Under the pieces are notes generated by a model. It made no database searches. It was not told the origin of the DNA and saw nothing but the letters and a program-made list of their open reading frames with translations. Positions 10,158 through 19,831 of a stretch of DNA of 64,000 bases are shown piece by piece (the stretch's first letter is position 1; every line of letters begins with the position of its first letter). The translations under genes and the position numbers were made by a program. The DNA is taken from the IMG/VR virus record IMGVR_UViG_3300021599_002733. One strand, 5' to 3'. This DNA comes from a virus.

Positions 10158-10328
10158 TTAAGCTTTGTCTTCAGCAGAAGACACTTTTTTAAATTCACCA
10201 GCTAATTTTTTCAATTCACTAGCTGCTTTACGAGCGCGTCCGTGAGCTGCTTTAGCTGTTTTTGAGTTTTCTGTTTTTACTGTTTCTAGCAATGCTTCCA
10301 TTGCTTCTACTAATTCTGTTGTGTTCAT
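10158..10328 (-). CDS. Histone H1-like protein, Hc1 family (56 aa)
   Basis: Not in the track. Manual translation MNTTELVEAMEALLETVKTENSKTAKAAHGRARKAASELKKLAGEFKKVSSAEDKA matches the Bacteroidota Hc1 pattern KAA..RARK...EL.KL..EF+K.S. Confidence 0.75.
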   Translation of the reverse strand: MNTTELVEAMEALLETVKTENSKTAKAAHGRARKAASELKKLAGEFKKVSSAEDKA

Positions 10329-10355
10329 AAATTTGATTTTAATTATAGATTTGAT

Positions 10356-10895
10356 TTATTGTTCTCCACCCCCAATATATTCGCTAACGAAGAATTTAAG
10401 TGTGTTTCCAATTTGTGTTTCCAATTTTTCATTGTTCATTCCTTTAGCGATTTGAAGAGCATCCATTAGATTTTTCATTAATTCGCTTTCAGTACCTTCC
10501 ATGTTAGCTGCAATATCTTCTAAACCACCATCAGTTGTTGGAGTTTCTTCGGGCATATCACCTGGTAGGTCTTCTGTTTCAGTGTCTGTTACTTCAACGT
10601 CTTCAACTTCTTCTTCTTTTTTCTTTTTAGCTTCTTCAAGCTCATAGTCTTCTACAGGTTCATCTTCAAGATCACTAACGTGAGGGAAGTAATCTTTTTC
10701 TTCATCATCATAGTCCCCGTATATGTCTTCTTCCTCATAATCATAGTTATCTGGGTTGAGTTCAGTTAAGATCATTTCACGGATCTTAGAGCGAAGATCA
10801 CCTTCAGAAAGATTTTCTTTAGAGATTATAGGATTAAATTTTTCAAACGTTTTATTTTCGGTTAAAAATTTTCTTAAGTCAAAATTATCTGCCAT
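10356..10895 (-). CDS. Acidic late protein, probable head-internal/scaffold-like
   Basis: MADNFDLRKFLTE tag; D/E-rich. Confidence 0.5.
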   Translation of the reverse strand: MADNFDLRKFLTENKTFEKFNPIISKENLSEGDLRSKIREMILTELNPDNYDYEEEDIYGDYDDEEKDYFPHVSDLEDEPVEDYELEEAKKKKEEEVEDVEVTDTETEDLPGDMPEETPTTDGGLEDIAANMEGTESELMKNLMDALQIAKGMNNEKLETQIGNTLKFFVSEYIGGGEQ

Positions 10896-10896
10896 T

Positions 10897-11520
10897 TTAT
10901 TTTTTATTTGTTTGGTATAAATATTCGGAAAGTAGTGTTCCTATCACTCCTACTTTTTGTCTTAGGTAAATCCACTCATCTTTTTCCATATGGTGAGCAT
11001 CTTTAAACGATATCCCTAATATACCAATTACATGATTGTCTAAACTATGCAAGCTTATCATACAAATAGATTTTGTATCAAATTGGGTGGTGAATGGTTC
11101 TACACCATATGTTTCCTCACTTAATGTAGCATCAAATACAGTTAGTTCTCCGTTTTTATATATTTTAGAAAGTGCTTTTGGAAATAAAGAAACTGGTATA
11201 TTTTGGAATGTTGTCTGGATTGAAGGGATGTTTGGGGATGTTTTCTCATAGAATATAGAGAATTTTTGGATGGATCTACCCGTTGGGTAAAAATGACCTC
11301 CATTATGGAATTGAGCTATCCAAACTCTATCACACTCCAATTCATCTATCATATCCTCTAATTGATTGTCTATTAAAGTAGATGTTTCAAGAGCATCATG
11401 CATTGGAGTAGTTGCAGATTTCTTTTCCATTTTAATTTTAACCCAACTAACAATAATAGGGCCAAACACAGCAGTTATTAATGCTACTGTAACAGTTGTA
11501 AATACAGTTAATAGTTCCAT
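10897..11520 (-). CDS. Putative holin (N-terminal TM plus GAF-like domain, T4 gp t-like architecture)
   Basis: One N-terminal TM; RVWIAQFHNG...SIFYE...IGILGI. Confidence 0.55.
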   Translation of the reverse strand: MELLTVFTTVTVALITAVFGPIIVSWVKIKMEKKSATTPMHDALETSTLIDNQLEDMIDELECDRVWIAQFHNGGHFYPTGRSIQKFSIFYEKTSPNIPSIQTTFQNIPVSLFPKALSKIYKNGELTVFDATLSEETYGVEPFTTQFDTKSICMISLHSLDNHVIGILGISFKDAHHMEKDEWIYLRQKVGVIGTLLSEYLYQTNKK

Positions 11521-12089
11521 TACTTCTTTAAGTTTTCTAAATATGTTATTACTTCATTTAATGATTCCTCGGCACGTTCTCTATTAACAGAACCTACCCA
11601 TTTTTCGACTTCACCACTTTCAGTAACTGTACCTAGATTACTTTCTTCTAGTCTTTCTTTAAAGAAAACTTTATATTCTTCTATTGTTTGATCTATTTCT
11701 TTATTGTATGTGTCTTTAACATAATCTTCCCATTTTCCCTCAAGTTTGAGTTTGGTTTCAAATTCAGTTCGACAATCCAAACATGAACCATATGATTTAT
11801 AGTAGTGGGGATCCAATTGTTTATCCATTACACCTTTGCAAGAAGGACAAAATAAAGGAACAGATACTTTTTTAAATTTATCTAATTTAGTAATATTTTG
11901 TTTAATTCCATCTTTAATAGTCCAAGAACGACCATCTTCTTGCCATACATCACCTTCAACATGATCTGTTGTTTCTTGTGTATAACCTATACCATGGGTA
12001 ATTTTTTCTCCATTCTTACCCTTAACAAGGTTACGAATACGTTGAATATCCCTTTCGGAAAATTGCTTTTTTAAAACGTTATCTGACAT
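11520..12089 (-). CDS. Zn-finger hypothetical protein
   Basis: CPSC...CLDC. Confidence 0.55.
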   Translation of the reverse strand: MSDNVLKKQFSERDIQRIRNLVKGKNGEKITHGIGYTQETTDHVEGDVWQEDGRSWTIKDGIKQNITKLDKFKKVSVPLFCPSCKGVMDKQLDPHYYKSYGSCLDCRTEFETKLKLEGKWEDYVKDTYNKEIDQTIEEYKVFFKERLEESNLGTVTESGEVEKWVGSVNRERAEESLNEVITYLENLKK

Positions 12090-12619
12090 TATAATCCTAG
12101 TTCTTTTAATGTATCTATGGTTGCTTGTGGGTTTTTAGGGTCATGTAAGATTCCTATACCACCATTAGCATTCCATTTTTCAATAGTATCTGCTCTATCG
12201 TCTATAAGTATTTTATTTTTTCCTGAGAAATCTGCTTTGCTAGAGGCTTTTCTAAAATATATATTTTTCATATTATCTAGGCGAGTAACCCAATCTCTTT
12301 TTCCTTCTCTAGATTCTGGGTTTAAGGAGGGGGATGTTAAAATGTATGGGTTATACGATTTAATATAGTTCCAAAGCATGGGTCCACCTTTTTCCCAATC
12401 TAAACCAGCCCAATATTCGTATTCGGACATACCTTTTTCTTTTAAACTATCTTTAAAGACATCCCAAAAAGTATTTTTATCTTGAACATCAGCATGTTTG
12501 GTGTGAACACCAGTTAAATCTTCATAACCCTTATCAAAGTCAACTAATACACCATCCATATCACAAAAGATAATGTATTTTGGTTTGATTTCTTCGTATA
12601 TTTTTTTTAAACTAATCAT
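12089..12619 (-). CDS. HAD-family 5'(3')-deoxyribonucleotidase
   Basis: DMDGVLVDF; ILTS; GK..W; LIDD. Confidence 0.85.
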   Translation of the reverse strand: MISLKKIYEEIKPKYIIFCDMDGVLVDFDKGYEDLTGVHTKHADVQDKNTFWDVFKDSLKEKGMSEYEYWAGLDWEKGGPMLWNYIKSYNPYILTSPSLNPESREGKRDWVTRLDNMKNIYFRKASSKADFSGKNKILIDDRADTIEKWNANGGIGILHDPKNPQATIDTLKELGL

Positions 12620-12620
12620 C

Positions 12621-14195
12621 TTAGAATTTGGGTAAAGATAATGCCTTTGCTCTGGTTCTCCAAATATCTAGAACTTCTTCTTTTTCTTCTGGGGTAATTT
12701 TTTGGGAGTTTAGGTAAGTGTCAAGTACATCTATGAATGGTCTTTTTTCTTTTTTTGCTCTAAAATACATTCCTTGCAATTGAGCATCTACTTCTTTTTC
12801 AAGTTTAAAGTATTCTGCTTTAGGGAGTAGTTTAGCATCAATCAGGTTTCTGATTAACTGGTCATCTTCCAGGAACTTACCAGGTTTTAAATTAAAACCT
12901 TCTCCATGAGTTAAATGTTCGATTTCGTGTCTAACAACATCCTTTAAATTCATTGATATTTCAGACCACATTTTAGGTAAAAGTTTAGGATCTACTTCAA
13001 AACGAATTTCTAAATAATCCGTGTTCGAATCAGCCCCACCATCAATATTTAAATCATTTAACTCAGGTATAAATGAAATATTAGCATCCACGTCTATCAT
13101 TAAATCATCTGTTTCAAATGTTTCTTCATAACGTGAGGCATCCGCTCCACTTTCATAATCTTCTTTCCATTGATTAAAAATAGTTGAAGATATCTGATTT
13201 GAGATTTTATCATATCTACCTTCAACTAAAATTCCCTCAGTTAAAGTGTCTGTCCAATTTCTAAAACACATATTACCCTTTTCATATGCTTCTCTTTCAA
13301 TTTCAGGTAAATCACCACCCTCATTAGTGTTTTGTGTTGTGATATTATCTAATCTGTTCTCACAATTCTGCATATGGTGAATCATTTCATGCGCAAATGA
13401 ACGCATAATATCTTTTGGATGACGATTCATAGTATAAAGTACTATAATGCGGTTATCCGAATCATAGTAGGCTGTTTTACCAAAGAAATCTTCGGCATTT
13501 TTAGCATCATCTTTTACAAATTTAACTTTTGGTAAAGGTTGAATATTTAAACCTTGTTCAATCATATATTTTGTAAGTGATTTAATTTTAGGGGTGTAAT
13601 CAAATTTAGGGGTTTCTATATTTTCTTTAATAACAGAAGCTACATACCCAAAAACTGTATTTTTTTCTTTATCTGTTAGTTGGGTTGGGATATATTTAAA
13701 AAATTCTTCTTTTGATTGGGTTGCTGCTTTTCTAGCATTAGTTCCACTAATCCCATCTCCCGTTACAATGTTTAATACTTCAACATTATCTCCATATTTT
13801 TCAAAAAACTCCTTTCGTTTAACAAAGTCTTCAATATCTCCTTCATTTCCTTCCCTTGTACCTAAAACAGCATATGTTTTTATATCTGGGTTTTCTTCAA
13901 GGTAATCTTTAATATATTTTAAAGGTGATTGGGCTGTTACTATCTCAACTTGAGAAGGTAAATATTGTTTGTAGATGTTCCATATAGAATATGATTCATC
14001 TTGAGTTATATTATTTCGAACTCCACTCCCAATTACAATATAAAATTTTGTTATTTCGGGGTGATCTCTAAGGGTTTTTTCAACAACTTCAAAATGACCT
14101 TTTGTAGGAGGTTTAAACCCACCACCATACAAGGCAGTTACTTGGGATTCGTTTTCTAATAATCCTACTAATAAAGATTTAGCTAATTTATTCAT
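12621..14195 (-). CDS. Cytidylyltransferase-like (HxGH) nucleotidyltransferase fused to two HExxH zincin-like domains
   Basis: GGFKPPTKGH and ISGTNAR; FAHEMIHHMQ...EREAY; VRHEIEH...EVDA. Confidence 0.7.
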   Translation of the reverse strand: MNKLAKSLLVGLLENESQVTALYGGGFKPPTKGHFEVVEKTLRDHPEITKFYIVIGSGVRNNITQDESYSIWNIYKQYLPSQVEIVTAQSPLKYIKDYLEENPDIKTYAVLGTREGNEGDIEDFVKRKEFFEKYGDNVEVLNIVTGDGISGTNARKAATQSKEEFFKYIPTQLTDKEKNTVFGYVASVIKENIETPKFDYTPKIKSLTKYMIEQGLNIQPLPKVKFVKDDAKNAEDFFGKTAYYDSDNRIIVLYTMNRHPKDIMRSFAHEMIHHMQNCENRLDNITTQNTNEGGDLPEIEREAYEKGNMCFRNWTDTLTEGILVEGRYDKISNQISSTIFNQWKEDYESGADASRYEETFETDDLMIDVDANISFIPELNDLNIDGGADSNTDYLEIRFEVDPKLLPKMWSEISMNLKDVVRHEIEHLTHGEGFNLKPGKFLEDDQLIRNLIDAKLLPKAEYFKLEKEVDAQLQGMYFRAKKEKRPFIDVLDTYLNSQKITPEEKEEVLDIWRTRAKALSLPKF

Positions 14196-14940
14196 TTATA
14201 AAATTTGTTACTTTTTGTTTAGCTTCATCAAACGTATCAAATTCACGTTCTATATTCAATAATGATTCAATAGCTTTATCTGTTTTTTCTTTATCAGCTT
14301 TTGATTTAGCTAATTCCTCAGGTGTTTTAGGTTTACCCTTAGGCATAGGAAATAGTTGTTGGATTGTTTTAGGATCAAATGATTTGTCAACATCTTCTGG
14401 GTCATTGTTAATTAATACAATATTATCTCCAAACTCTTGTTTATATAAATCAATATTTGAAACTAAACCTTGCCAACTTTTTAATACAGCACTTGTAGGT
14501 AAACTTCTACCCCGTTCAGCATTTCGTTTTAAAGAGGTCATAGGGGAAACATAGATCATAATCATAAACGTTTCATATCCTCTTGCTTCTAGTTCTAATT
14601 TTTTCTTGAGTAATGGTTTAGAAGCAGCACCCGTACCATCAATTACAATATTTTGTAAAGATTCTACTGATTGAAGTTCTTTTTCTCTGGTGGTTACTCT
14701 AGCTCGTCCCATTAATTTACCTGCTTGGGATAGTTCTTCGGGGGACATAGAGGCAAAGTCTTCTTTGCCTAATTCTTTTTTAAGAAGTTCTTCATAGTCT
14801 TCATCTACATTTATCATAGTAAAACCCTTAATTCCTAATTTATTAAGCGTAAAAGTTTTACCAGCTCCAGCAGGACCAGCCATAAAAATTGCTTTAGGTC
14901 CAGATTGGATTTCCTTTAAAAGTTGAACTAAACTTATCAT
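14188..14940 (-). CDS. Zeta-toxin/AAA_33-like P-loop kinase
   Basis: AIFMAGPAGAGKT; INVD; VIDGTG; RNAER.R. Confidence 0.75.
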   Translation of the reverse strand: MISLVQLLKEIQSGPKAIFMAGPAGAGKTFTLNKLGIKGFTMINVDEDYEELLKKELGKEDFASMSPEELSQAGKLMGRARVTTREKELQSVESLQNIVIDGTGAASKPLLKKKLELEARGYETFMIMIYVSPMTSLKRNAERGRSLPTSAVLKSWQGLVSNIDLYKQEFGDNIVLINNDPEDVDKSFDPKTIQQLFPMPKGKPKTPEELAKSKADKEKTDKAIESLLNIEREFDTFDEAKQKVTNFINE

Positions 14941-14951
14941 GTTTATACATA

Positions 14952-15725
14952 TTACATATCCCTTTTAGCTATAGTTCTAAATTCGGTGAATATGGGTGAA
15001 TGTGTTGGGTTTTCAAGGTCAAATAATTTTTTAACTGTTTGGAAAATATCAATATTTTCTTCAAATGTTCTATTAGATTCAACAATTTCCCACCCTTTAC
15101 CTTGCATTTTACCTTTAGATGCTTTACGTTTAGAGGATTTTAACCATAGAATACCATAACGATCTATTTTCTTTCCAAAACATTCTTCATAGCACTGACC
15201 ATAAACGGCTGTTTGGAGTTCATATGTTGATTGGAGTTGATTTGAGGTTTTTAAATCTAGCAACCATAATTCTCCATCAAGTTCAACAATTAAATCGCAT
15301 GTACCTGCTACTTTAAGTTTATCTGAGAATAGGTGTACTTCTGTTTCAATTAGAGTGGGTTTAAATTCTTCCCAAAATTCAACAAAACGTAAAAACATCT
15401 GCCAAACATCTGGGTTAAATTGGGGTTTTCCAGCACTATTTAAAAAATGGAGTTCTTTACCATTTAAATAATCTTCACATAACTCGTGTACTTGGGTTCC
15501 TTCTTCAGCTGCTCTTTTAACAATATGTTCAGAAGCATATCCTACTTTTTTTAACCAATCCTCAAAAAACTTACCTTTAGGATAATATGATAAAACATAT
15601 GTTACTGAGGGGTAATAGTTTCCATTTCTACGGTAGTACCTAGAATCTGGTAGAGTGATTTGTTGGGCGTCTTCTGAAATTTCAAGGATTCTATTATAAG
15701 TTTTTTTAATGTTCCTTTTTTTCAT
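14952..15725 (-). CDS. PD-(D/E)xK (Cas4-like) exonuclease
   Basis: YPSVT; GTQVH; AGTCD...DLKTS; QTAVY. Confidence 0.85.
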   Translation of the reverse strand: MKKRNIKKTYNRILEISEDAQQITLPDSRYYRRNGNYYPSVTYVLSYYPKGKFFEDWLKKVGYASEHIVKRAAEEGTQVHELCEDYLNGKELHFLNSAGKPQFNPDVWQMFLRFVEFWEEFKPTLIETEVHLFSDKLKVAGTCDLIVELDGELWLLDLKTSNQLQSTYELQTAVYGQCYEECFGKKIDRYGILWLKSSKRKASKGKMQGKGWEIVESNRTFEENIDIFQTVKKLFDLENPTHSPIFTEFRTIAKRDM

Positions 15726-16648
15726 ATAAATTGGAGTTTTTTCTCCATTAGTTTATAGTTGGTTAATGGAGAGGTGGTTTGGATTAGTTTTGTAAAATGT
15801 TCAAATCCCATTTCACTTGGGTCTTTCCCTTTTAATTCCACTAAATATACTTCCTTACCTTCGTTAAGAAGCAATTCACAGAATTCTAATGCCTTTTTAA
15901 TAGCATCATTATCTAAAGCAATATATATTTTTTGTACCTTTGAGGTAACGATTTTTTTCATTAAAGATGGTTGTAAATTTTTTCCAAATAATGGAATAGC
16001 ATTTCGCTTTATTGCTATTGCATCAAATGGACCTTCACACAATATAATAGGTAAATCCCAATTAATAAACAATTCAAACGGGATTATATCGCGAGACACT
16101 TCGGGGTTGCGGTACTTGATGTAAGGGTCTTTCTCGAATGATCTCGCGGTAAAATAATTTAATTTACCGGTTGAATCATATGATGGTATAATAACCATAT
16201 TTGAATATTGCCCAAATTCACAATATCCTATATTGTATTTTAAAAGATCACCTTTGGATAAATTTCGTTTTTTAAGATACGCTAAGGCATGTCTGGAGAT
16301 GATACTATCATCAAATGGTTTATATTCTTTAGGGAGTTCAACTATAGTGGAAGATATTACTTCTTCAACATCACTTCCAGATTTAACTAGTGGTTTAAGT
16401 TGAGCAAATATTTCAGGGGAAACTTCTATTTGTTTAAATAGAGTAGATATTTTTTTACCTTTTTTACCACATACCCAACAGTTCCAAGGATTGTTACCTT
16501 GCTTATTTTCTGTAAAATTAACTTCTAGTTTTGGTTTTGAGTGGTGGCAGAAAGGACAGTGGTATGCTTGATTACCACGTGCTGTTCTTTTACCTGTTCC
16601 TAAAACAGAATTTACTAAATTAACTAGTAATTCATTTACCATAACCAT
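15722..16648 (-). CDS. DNA primase (Zn ribbon plus Toprim)
   Basis: CPFC...CWVC; CEGPFDA; ALDND; KDP. Confidence 0.9.
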   Translation of the reverse strand: MVMVNELLVNLVNSVLGTGKRTARGNQAYHCPFCHHSKPKLEVNFTENKQGNNPWNCWVCGKKGKKISTLFKQIEVSPEIFAQLKPLVKSGSDVEEVISSTIVELPKEYKPFDDSIISRHALAYLKKRNLSKGDLLKYNIGYCEFGQYSNMVIIPSYDSTGKLNYFTARSFEKDPYIKYRNPEVSRDIIPFELFINWDLPIILCEGPFDAIAIKRNAIPLFGKNLQPSLMKKIVTSKVQKIYIALDNDAIKKALEFCELLLNEGKEVYLVELKGKDPSEMGFEHFTKLIQTTSPLTNYKLMEKKLQFI

Positions 16649-16660
16649 TAAAATACAACC

Positions 16661-17110
16661 TTAATCTTGGGTATCAAAGTCTTTTCTGAAAAAACGGCCC
16701 TGGATATTATCGTTAAACCAATCCTCTGGGTCTTCTAATACCTCATATTTAAAGAGATATTTACTTTCAAGATATGTTAGTATTTTTTTATTATGTGAAA
16801 GACATAAAATTTTTCTTGTAAATTCTTCTTGTTTTCCCTGTTTAATTAACTCTAATATTGGTTTAGCAGAACCATAATATGTTTTCCAATCTGATTCTTT
16901 TTGGGTTGTTTTGGTAGTTGGTTTACGTCCAGGACCAGTTTGTTCAGCTAATTCTTTTTTAGTTAATTTTTTCTTTACGTTATGGTAAAGTACTTTTTTT
17001 CCAATATAAGATTTACCAGTAGGAATATGAGTTACAATATATACAAAACCATATGTCCACTCGGGGAGTTGAGAAATGTCATATATTTTTTTATCTTGGT
17101 ATAACCACAT
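16661..17110 (-). CDS. GIY-YIG endonuclease-like protein
   Basis: GFVY...YIGKK...YYGS...E...N. Confidence 0.75.
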   Translation of the reverse strand: MWLYQDKKIYDISQLPEWTYGFVYIVTHIPTGKSYIGKKVLYHNVKKKLTKKELAEQTGPGRKPTTKTTQKESDWKTYYGSAKPILELIKQGKQEEFTRKILCLSHNKKILTYLESKYLFKYEVLEDPEDWFNDNIQGRFFRKDFDTQD

Positions 17111-17111
17111 A

Positions 17112-18101
17112 TTATAAATCTAGGTTAATTAGTATGTTCATATCAGTTACTGCTGATAGAGGTAATGGTTGGGCTAATTTAGCTACAGCTAATAGTTCTT
17201 TATCATTGTTATATAAACCTACAGTTGTAACATATGGATTAAAATATGAACCTGTAGCGTAATCATACACTTTACCACTATTTGAGCTACCTGAGATTAG
17301 TGTTGGGTTTTGTGAAAAGTTAAATTCGTTTTCTCTAATAGTACATTTATATTGAGATTCATAGATAGTAATAGTACTATCAAATGAACACGTTATATTT
17401 TGAGATATTATTATAGATTGATTAAATAATTGAGGGATCGGGGGTTGAAGTGTTTTAGATGGTGTTAATTCTTTTGGAGCTGTCAGTTGTAGTGGGGGAG
17501 GAGTATAAGTGTTTAAATTTAAAAGATTTAAAGTTTCATCATGAGTTATAATAACCATCCCATGTTCATATATAATATCTCCTACTTTTGAACTTCCTGT
17601 TATAATATTTCCTTCACCATCATCTGTAAAAGAACCACTCTCATACGATAAAGTAAATGTTCCTGGTTTGATATACTCTCCAAATAAGTTTGAAGGTATA
17701 GCAATTACTCCTATTGTATCTCCAGAACCTGTTGGGAAATATCTATTAGCAGGTAAAGTATTTGATAAGTAATTGTATGAATTTGGAGTATAAAGTAAAC
17801 CTGTAATAGTACCATCAGGATTAAATGATGCTGTTGCTACTGAGGATCCATCAACTCCATCAATATAATTATAGTAGTAAAGTTCTCTAATGGAACGATA
17901 TACTAGAAATTGATCTTGGATTGAGTTATAACCTGTTGAGGTTGAGCCAGAAACCCAAAGTGTTGGGTTTGTGTTTTCCCCTAAAAATAGATCTATTCCG
18001 GAACCTGTCAATGCAGCTATCCCTTCAAAGTAAAAGTTTTTATTTACCTTAAAGGGTGAGACTACAACGTCCGAAGTTATAAATGGCTTGAATACGCTCA
18101 T
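17112..18101 (-). CDS. Virion tail/baseplate structural protein
   Basis: TTVGLYN...LLAVAKL C-terminal motif; paralog of the adjacent gene. Confidence 0.6.
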   Translation of the reverse strand: MSVFKPFITSDVVVSPFKVNKNFYFEGIAALTGSGIDLFLGENTNPTLWVSGSTSTGYNSIQDQFLVYRSIRELYYYNYIDGVDGSSVATASFNPDGTITGLLYTPNSYNYLSNTLPANRYFPTGSGDTIGVIAIPSNLFGEYIKPGTFTLSYESGSFTDDGEGNIITGSSKVGDIIYEHGMVIITHDETLNLLNLNTYTPPPLQLTAPKELTPSKTLQPPIPQLFNQSIIISQNITCSFDSTITIYESQYKCTIRENEFNFSQNPTLISGSSNSGKVYDYATGSYFNPYVTTVGLYNNDKELLAVAKLAQPLPLSAVTDMNILINLDL

Positions 18102-18107
18102 TCATTC

Positions 18108-19115
18108 TTAAAAATCTAATTTTACTCTAACAAGTGATTCTTTTGTAAAGTCCTTAAGTAAAGGTCTTGACATTTTAGCTACAGCTAACAATTCGTTTGA
18201 ATCATTATAGAATCCTATAGTAGTAACATATGTTTGTGGGTGATTGATAAAATCACTATAAATTACTTCCCCAGTTGACCCTGAAATAAATGTTGGGTTT
18301 TCTGAGTAATTGAATTCACTATTTCTAGATCTAACAAATATATAGTCTGAAGTTATTGTTTCTTGGGAATTTAATGAAAAGCTAGCTCCTCCACTAATAG
18401 CTGAGTAAAGTACTCTATTGTTAAAGTCATCTGTGTCGGAATTTCTTCCAGCGGTTACTCCAATTGATTGGGAAATTGCTGCAGGGTTCAATAGAACAGT
18501 TCCAAGATCAGGGAATACTAAACCATATGAACCAGATCCAGCTACATATCCTCCACCCGAAATTCCAAATCCATTTGACCCAGAAACTAATTGGAATACT
18601 CTAGTTGAGCCAATAAATGTATTTACCAATACATCATTTGAATTATCTGTTAATTGGATTACTCCACCTGATCCAGATAAAGTTAAATTTAGAGATCCAG
18701 GGAATAATGATTCTTTATATCTAGCACGCTCAACAGACAATACCCAGAAATTTGATCCAGTAATTACGTTAGTGTTAGAACCAAATATAAAACTTGCATT
18801 CTCATCCTCTAATATAAGAGAGCGATATTGCCCATACATTGTTTTTGAAGGTGAATTACCATCAACAATATTATTATACAATACACTTCCACTACCTACA
18901 GAATCACAATATACTATATCAAATTGGGTAGCTGCTGTATCTTGTGTAGAAGCAGTTTGATATACACTTAGGTAAAAATTCCCTGCAGAACCAGCTTCTT
19001 GAATAGAAGAAGTATAAAATTCTGTTAGTGTTGGGGAATCTGTTGACCAAAGAGTAGAAGTAATCGAGTCACTACTTACTACAAAATCTTCGGGATCTAA
19101 TCTTTTAAAGCTCAT
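18108..19115 (-). CDS. Virion tail/baseplate structural protein
   Basis: EFNYSENPT...TTIGFYN...LLAVAKM; paralog of 17112-18101. Confidence 0.6.
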   Translation of the reverse strand: MSFKRLDPEDFVVSSDSITSTLWSTDSPTLTEFYTSSIQEAGSAGNFYLSVYQTASTQDTAATQFDIVYCDSVGSGSVLYNNIVDGNSPSKTMYGQYRSLILEDENASFIFGSNTNVITGSNFWVLSVERARYKESLFPGSLNLTLSGSGGVIQLTDNSNDVLVNTFIGSTRVFQLVSGSNGFGISGGGYVAGSGSYGLVFPDLGTVLLNPAAISQSIGVTAGRNSDTDDFNNRVLYSAISGGASFSLNSQETITSDYIFVRSRNSEFNYSENPTFISGSTGEVIYSDFINHPQTYVTTIGFYNDSNELLAVAKMSRPLLKDFTKESLVRVKLDF

Positions 19116-19128
19116 TTTTTATTTTTTA

Positions 19129-19791
19129 TTAGCTAACTCTATTAATAGTAATTGGAATTGTTAATCTAGCTCCACTATCTAAACCAACTACAGTTAATGT
19201 AGCTGCAAGTTGTGTATTAGAACCAAATAATGTATTTACAGTAGTTGCTCTTAAGTTAAACTGTGTTCCAAGAATTGTTTTGGAAACATTTGTACCTAAA
19301 GTAGCAGTAGCATTAACATTTGCCTCGTTAGCAGCTGTTGTATTAATACCAACTCCTGTATATGTGTTTAATAAACGAACATCTGATATAGTAGCTGAGT
19401 ATCCACTAGTTTCGTATGTTTGAGTATTTCCTAGATAATTTAATGTTTGTGGTGTGATTGAAAGTGCAGCTCCTTGTTGTAAAGTAATTGCTGTGTAACC
19501 CAAATCAAGTACAGGTAATTTAGCTGTTCCACGTGGTAGAGTAGCTAATTTGTATTTCATAATTTGTGTTTCTTGAGGAAATGCCTCTAGTAATGGCATA
19601 TTTTCAATAGCTTCTCCGTAAAATGAAGACCCTGATGGGTGGGTAGGGTTGTAAAGAGTGTAGTCAATTTCGTCATCTGCTAAAGCAAATTGTGTGATTC
19701 TAAAAGAACCATCGTTTTTTGCTAGTAATTCTCTACCTTTTGTTGTTAAAATTGCGTCGACTGTTACAACTTGATTATTAAGATATCCCAT
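19129..19791 (-). CDS. Virion structural protein (tail-collar/fibre-attachment-like)
   Basis: LTTKGRELLA...ITQFALADDEIDY. Confidence 0.55.
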   Translation of the reverse strand: MGYLNNQVVTVDAILTTKGRELLAKNDGSFRITQFALADDEIDYTLYNPTHPSGSSFYGEAIENMPLLEAFPQETQIMKYKLATLPRGTAKLPVLDLGYTAITLQQGAALSITPQTLNYLGNTQTYETSGYSATISDVRLLNTYTGVGINTTAANEANVNATATLGTNVSKTILGTQFNLRATTVNTLFGSNTQLAATLTVVGLDSGARLTIPITINRVS

Positions 19792-19831
19792 TTTTTATTT
19801 TATTATAAATATATTATACTAATAAATATTG

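Noticed and set aside
16661-17110. Intron-encoded homing endonuclease
   Set aside because: A free-standing gene between two intact genes, with no interrupted host gene.
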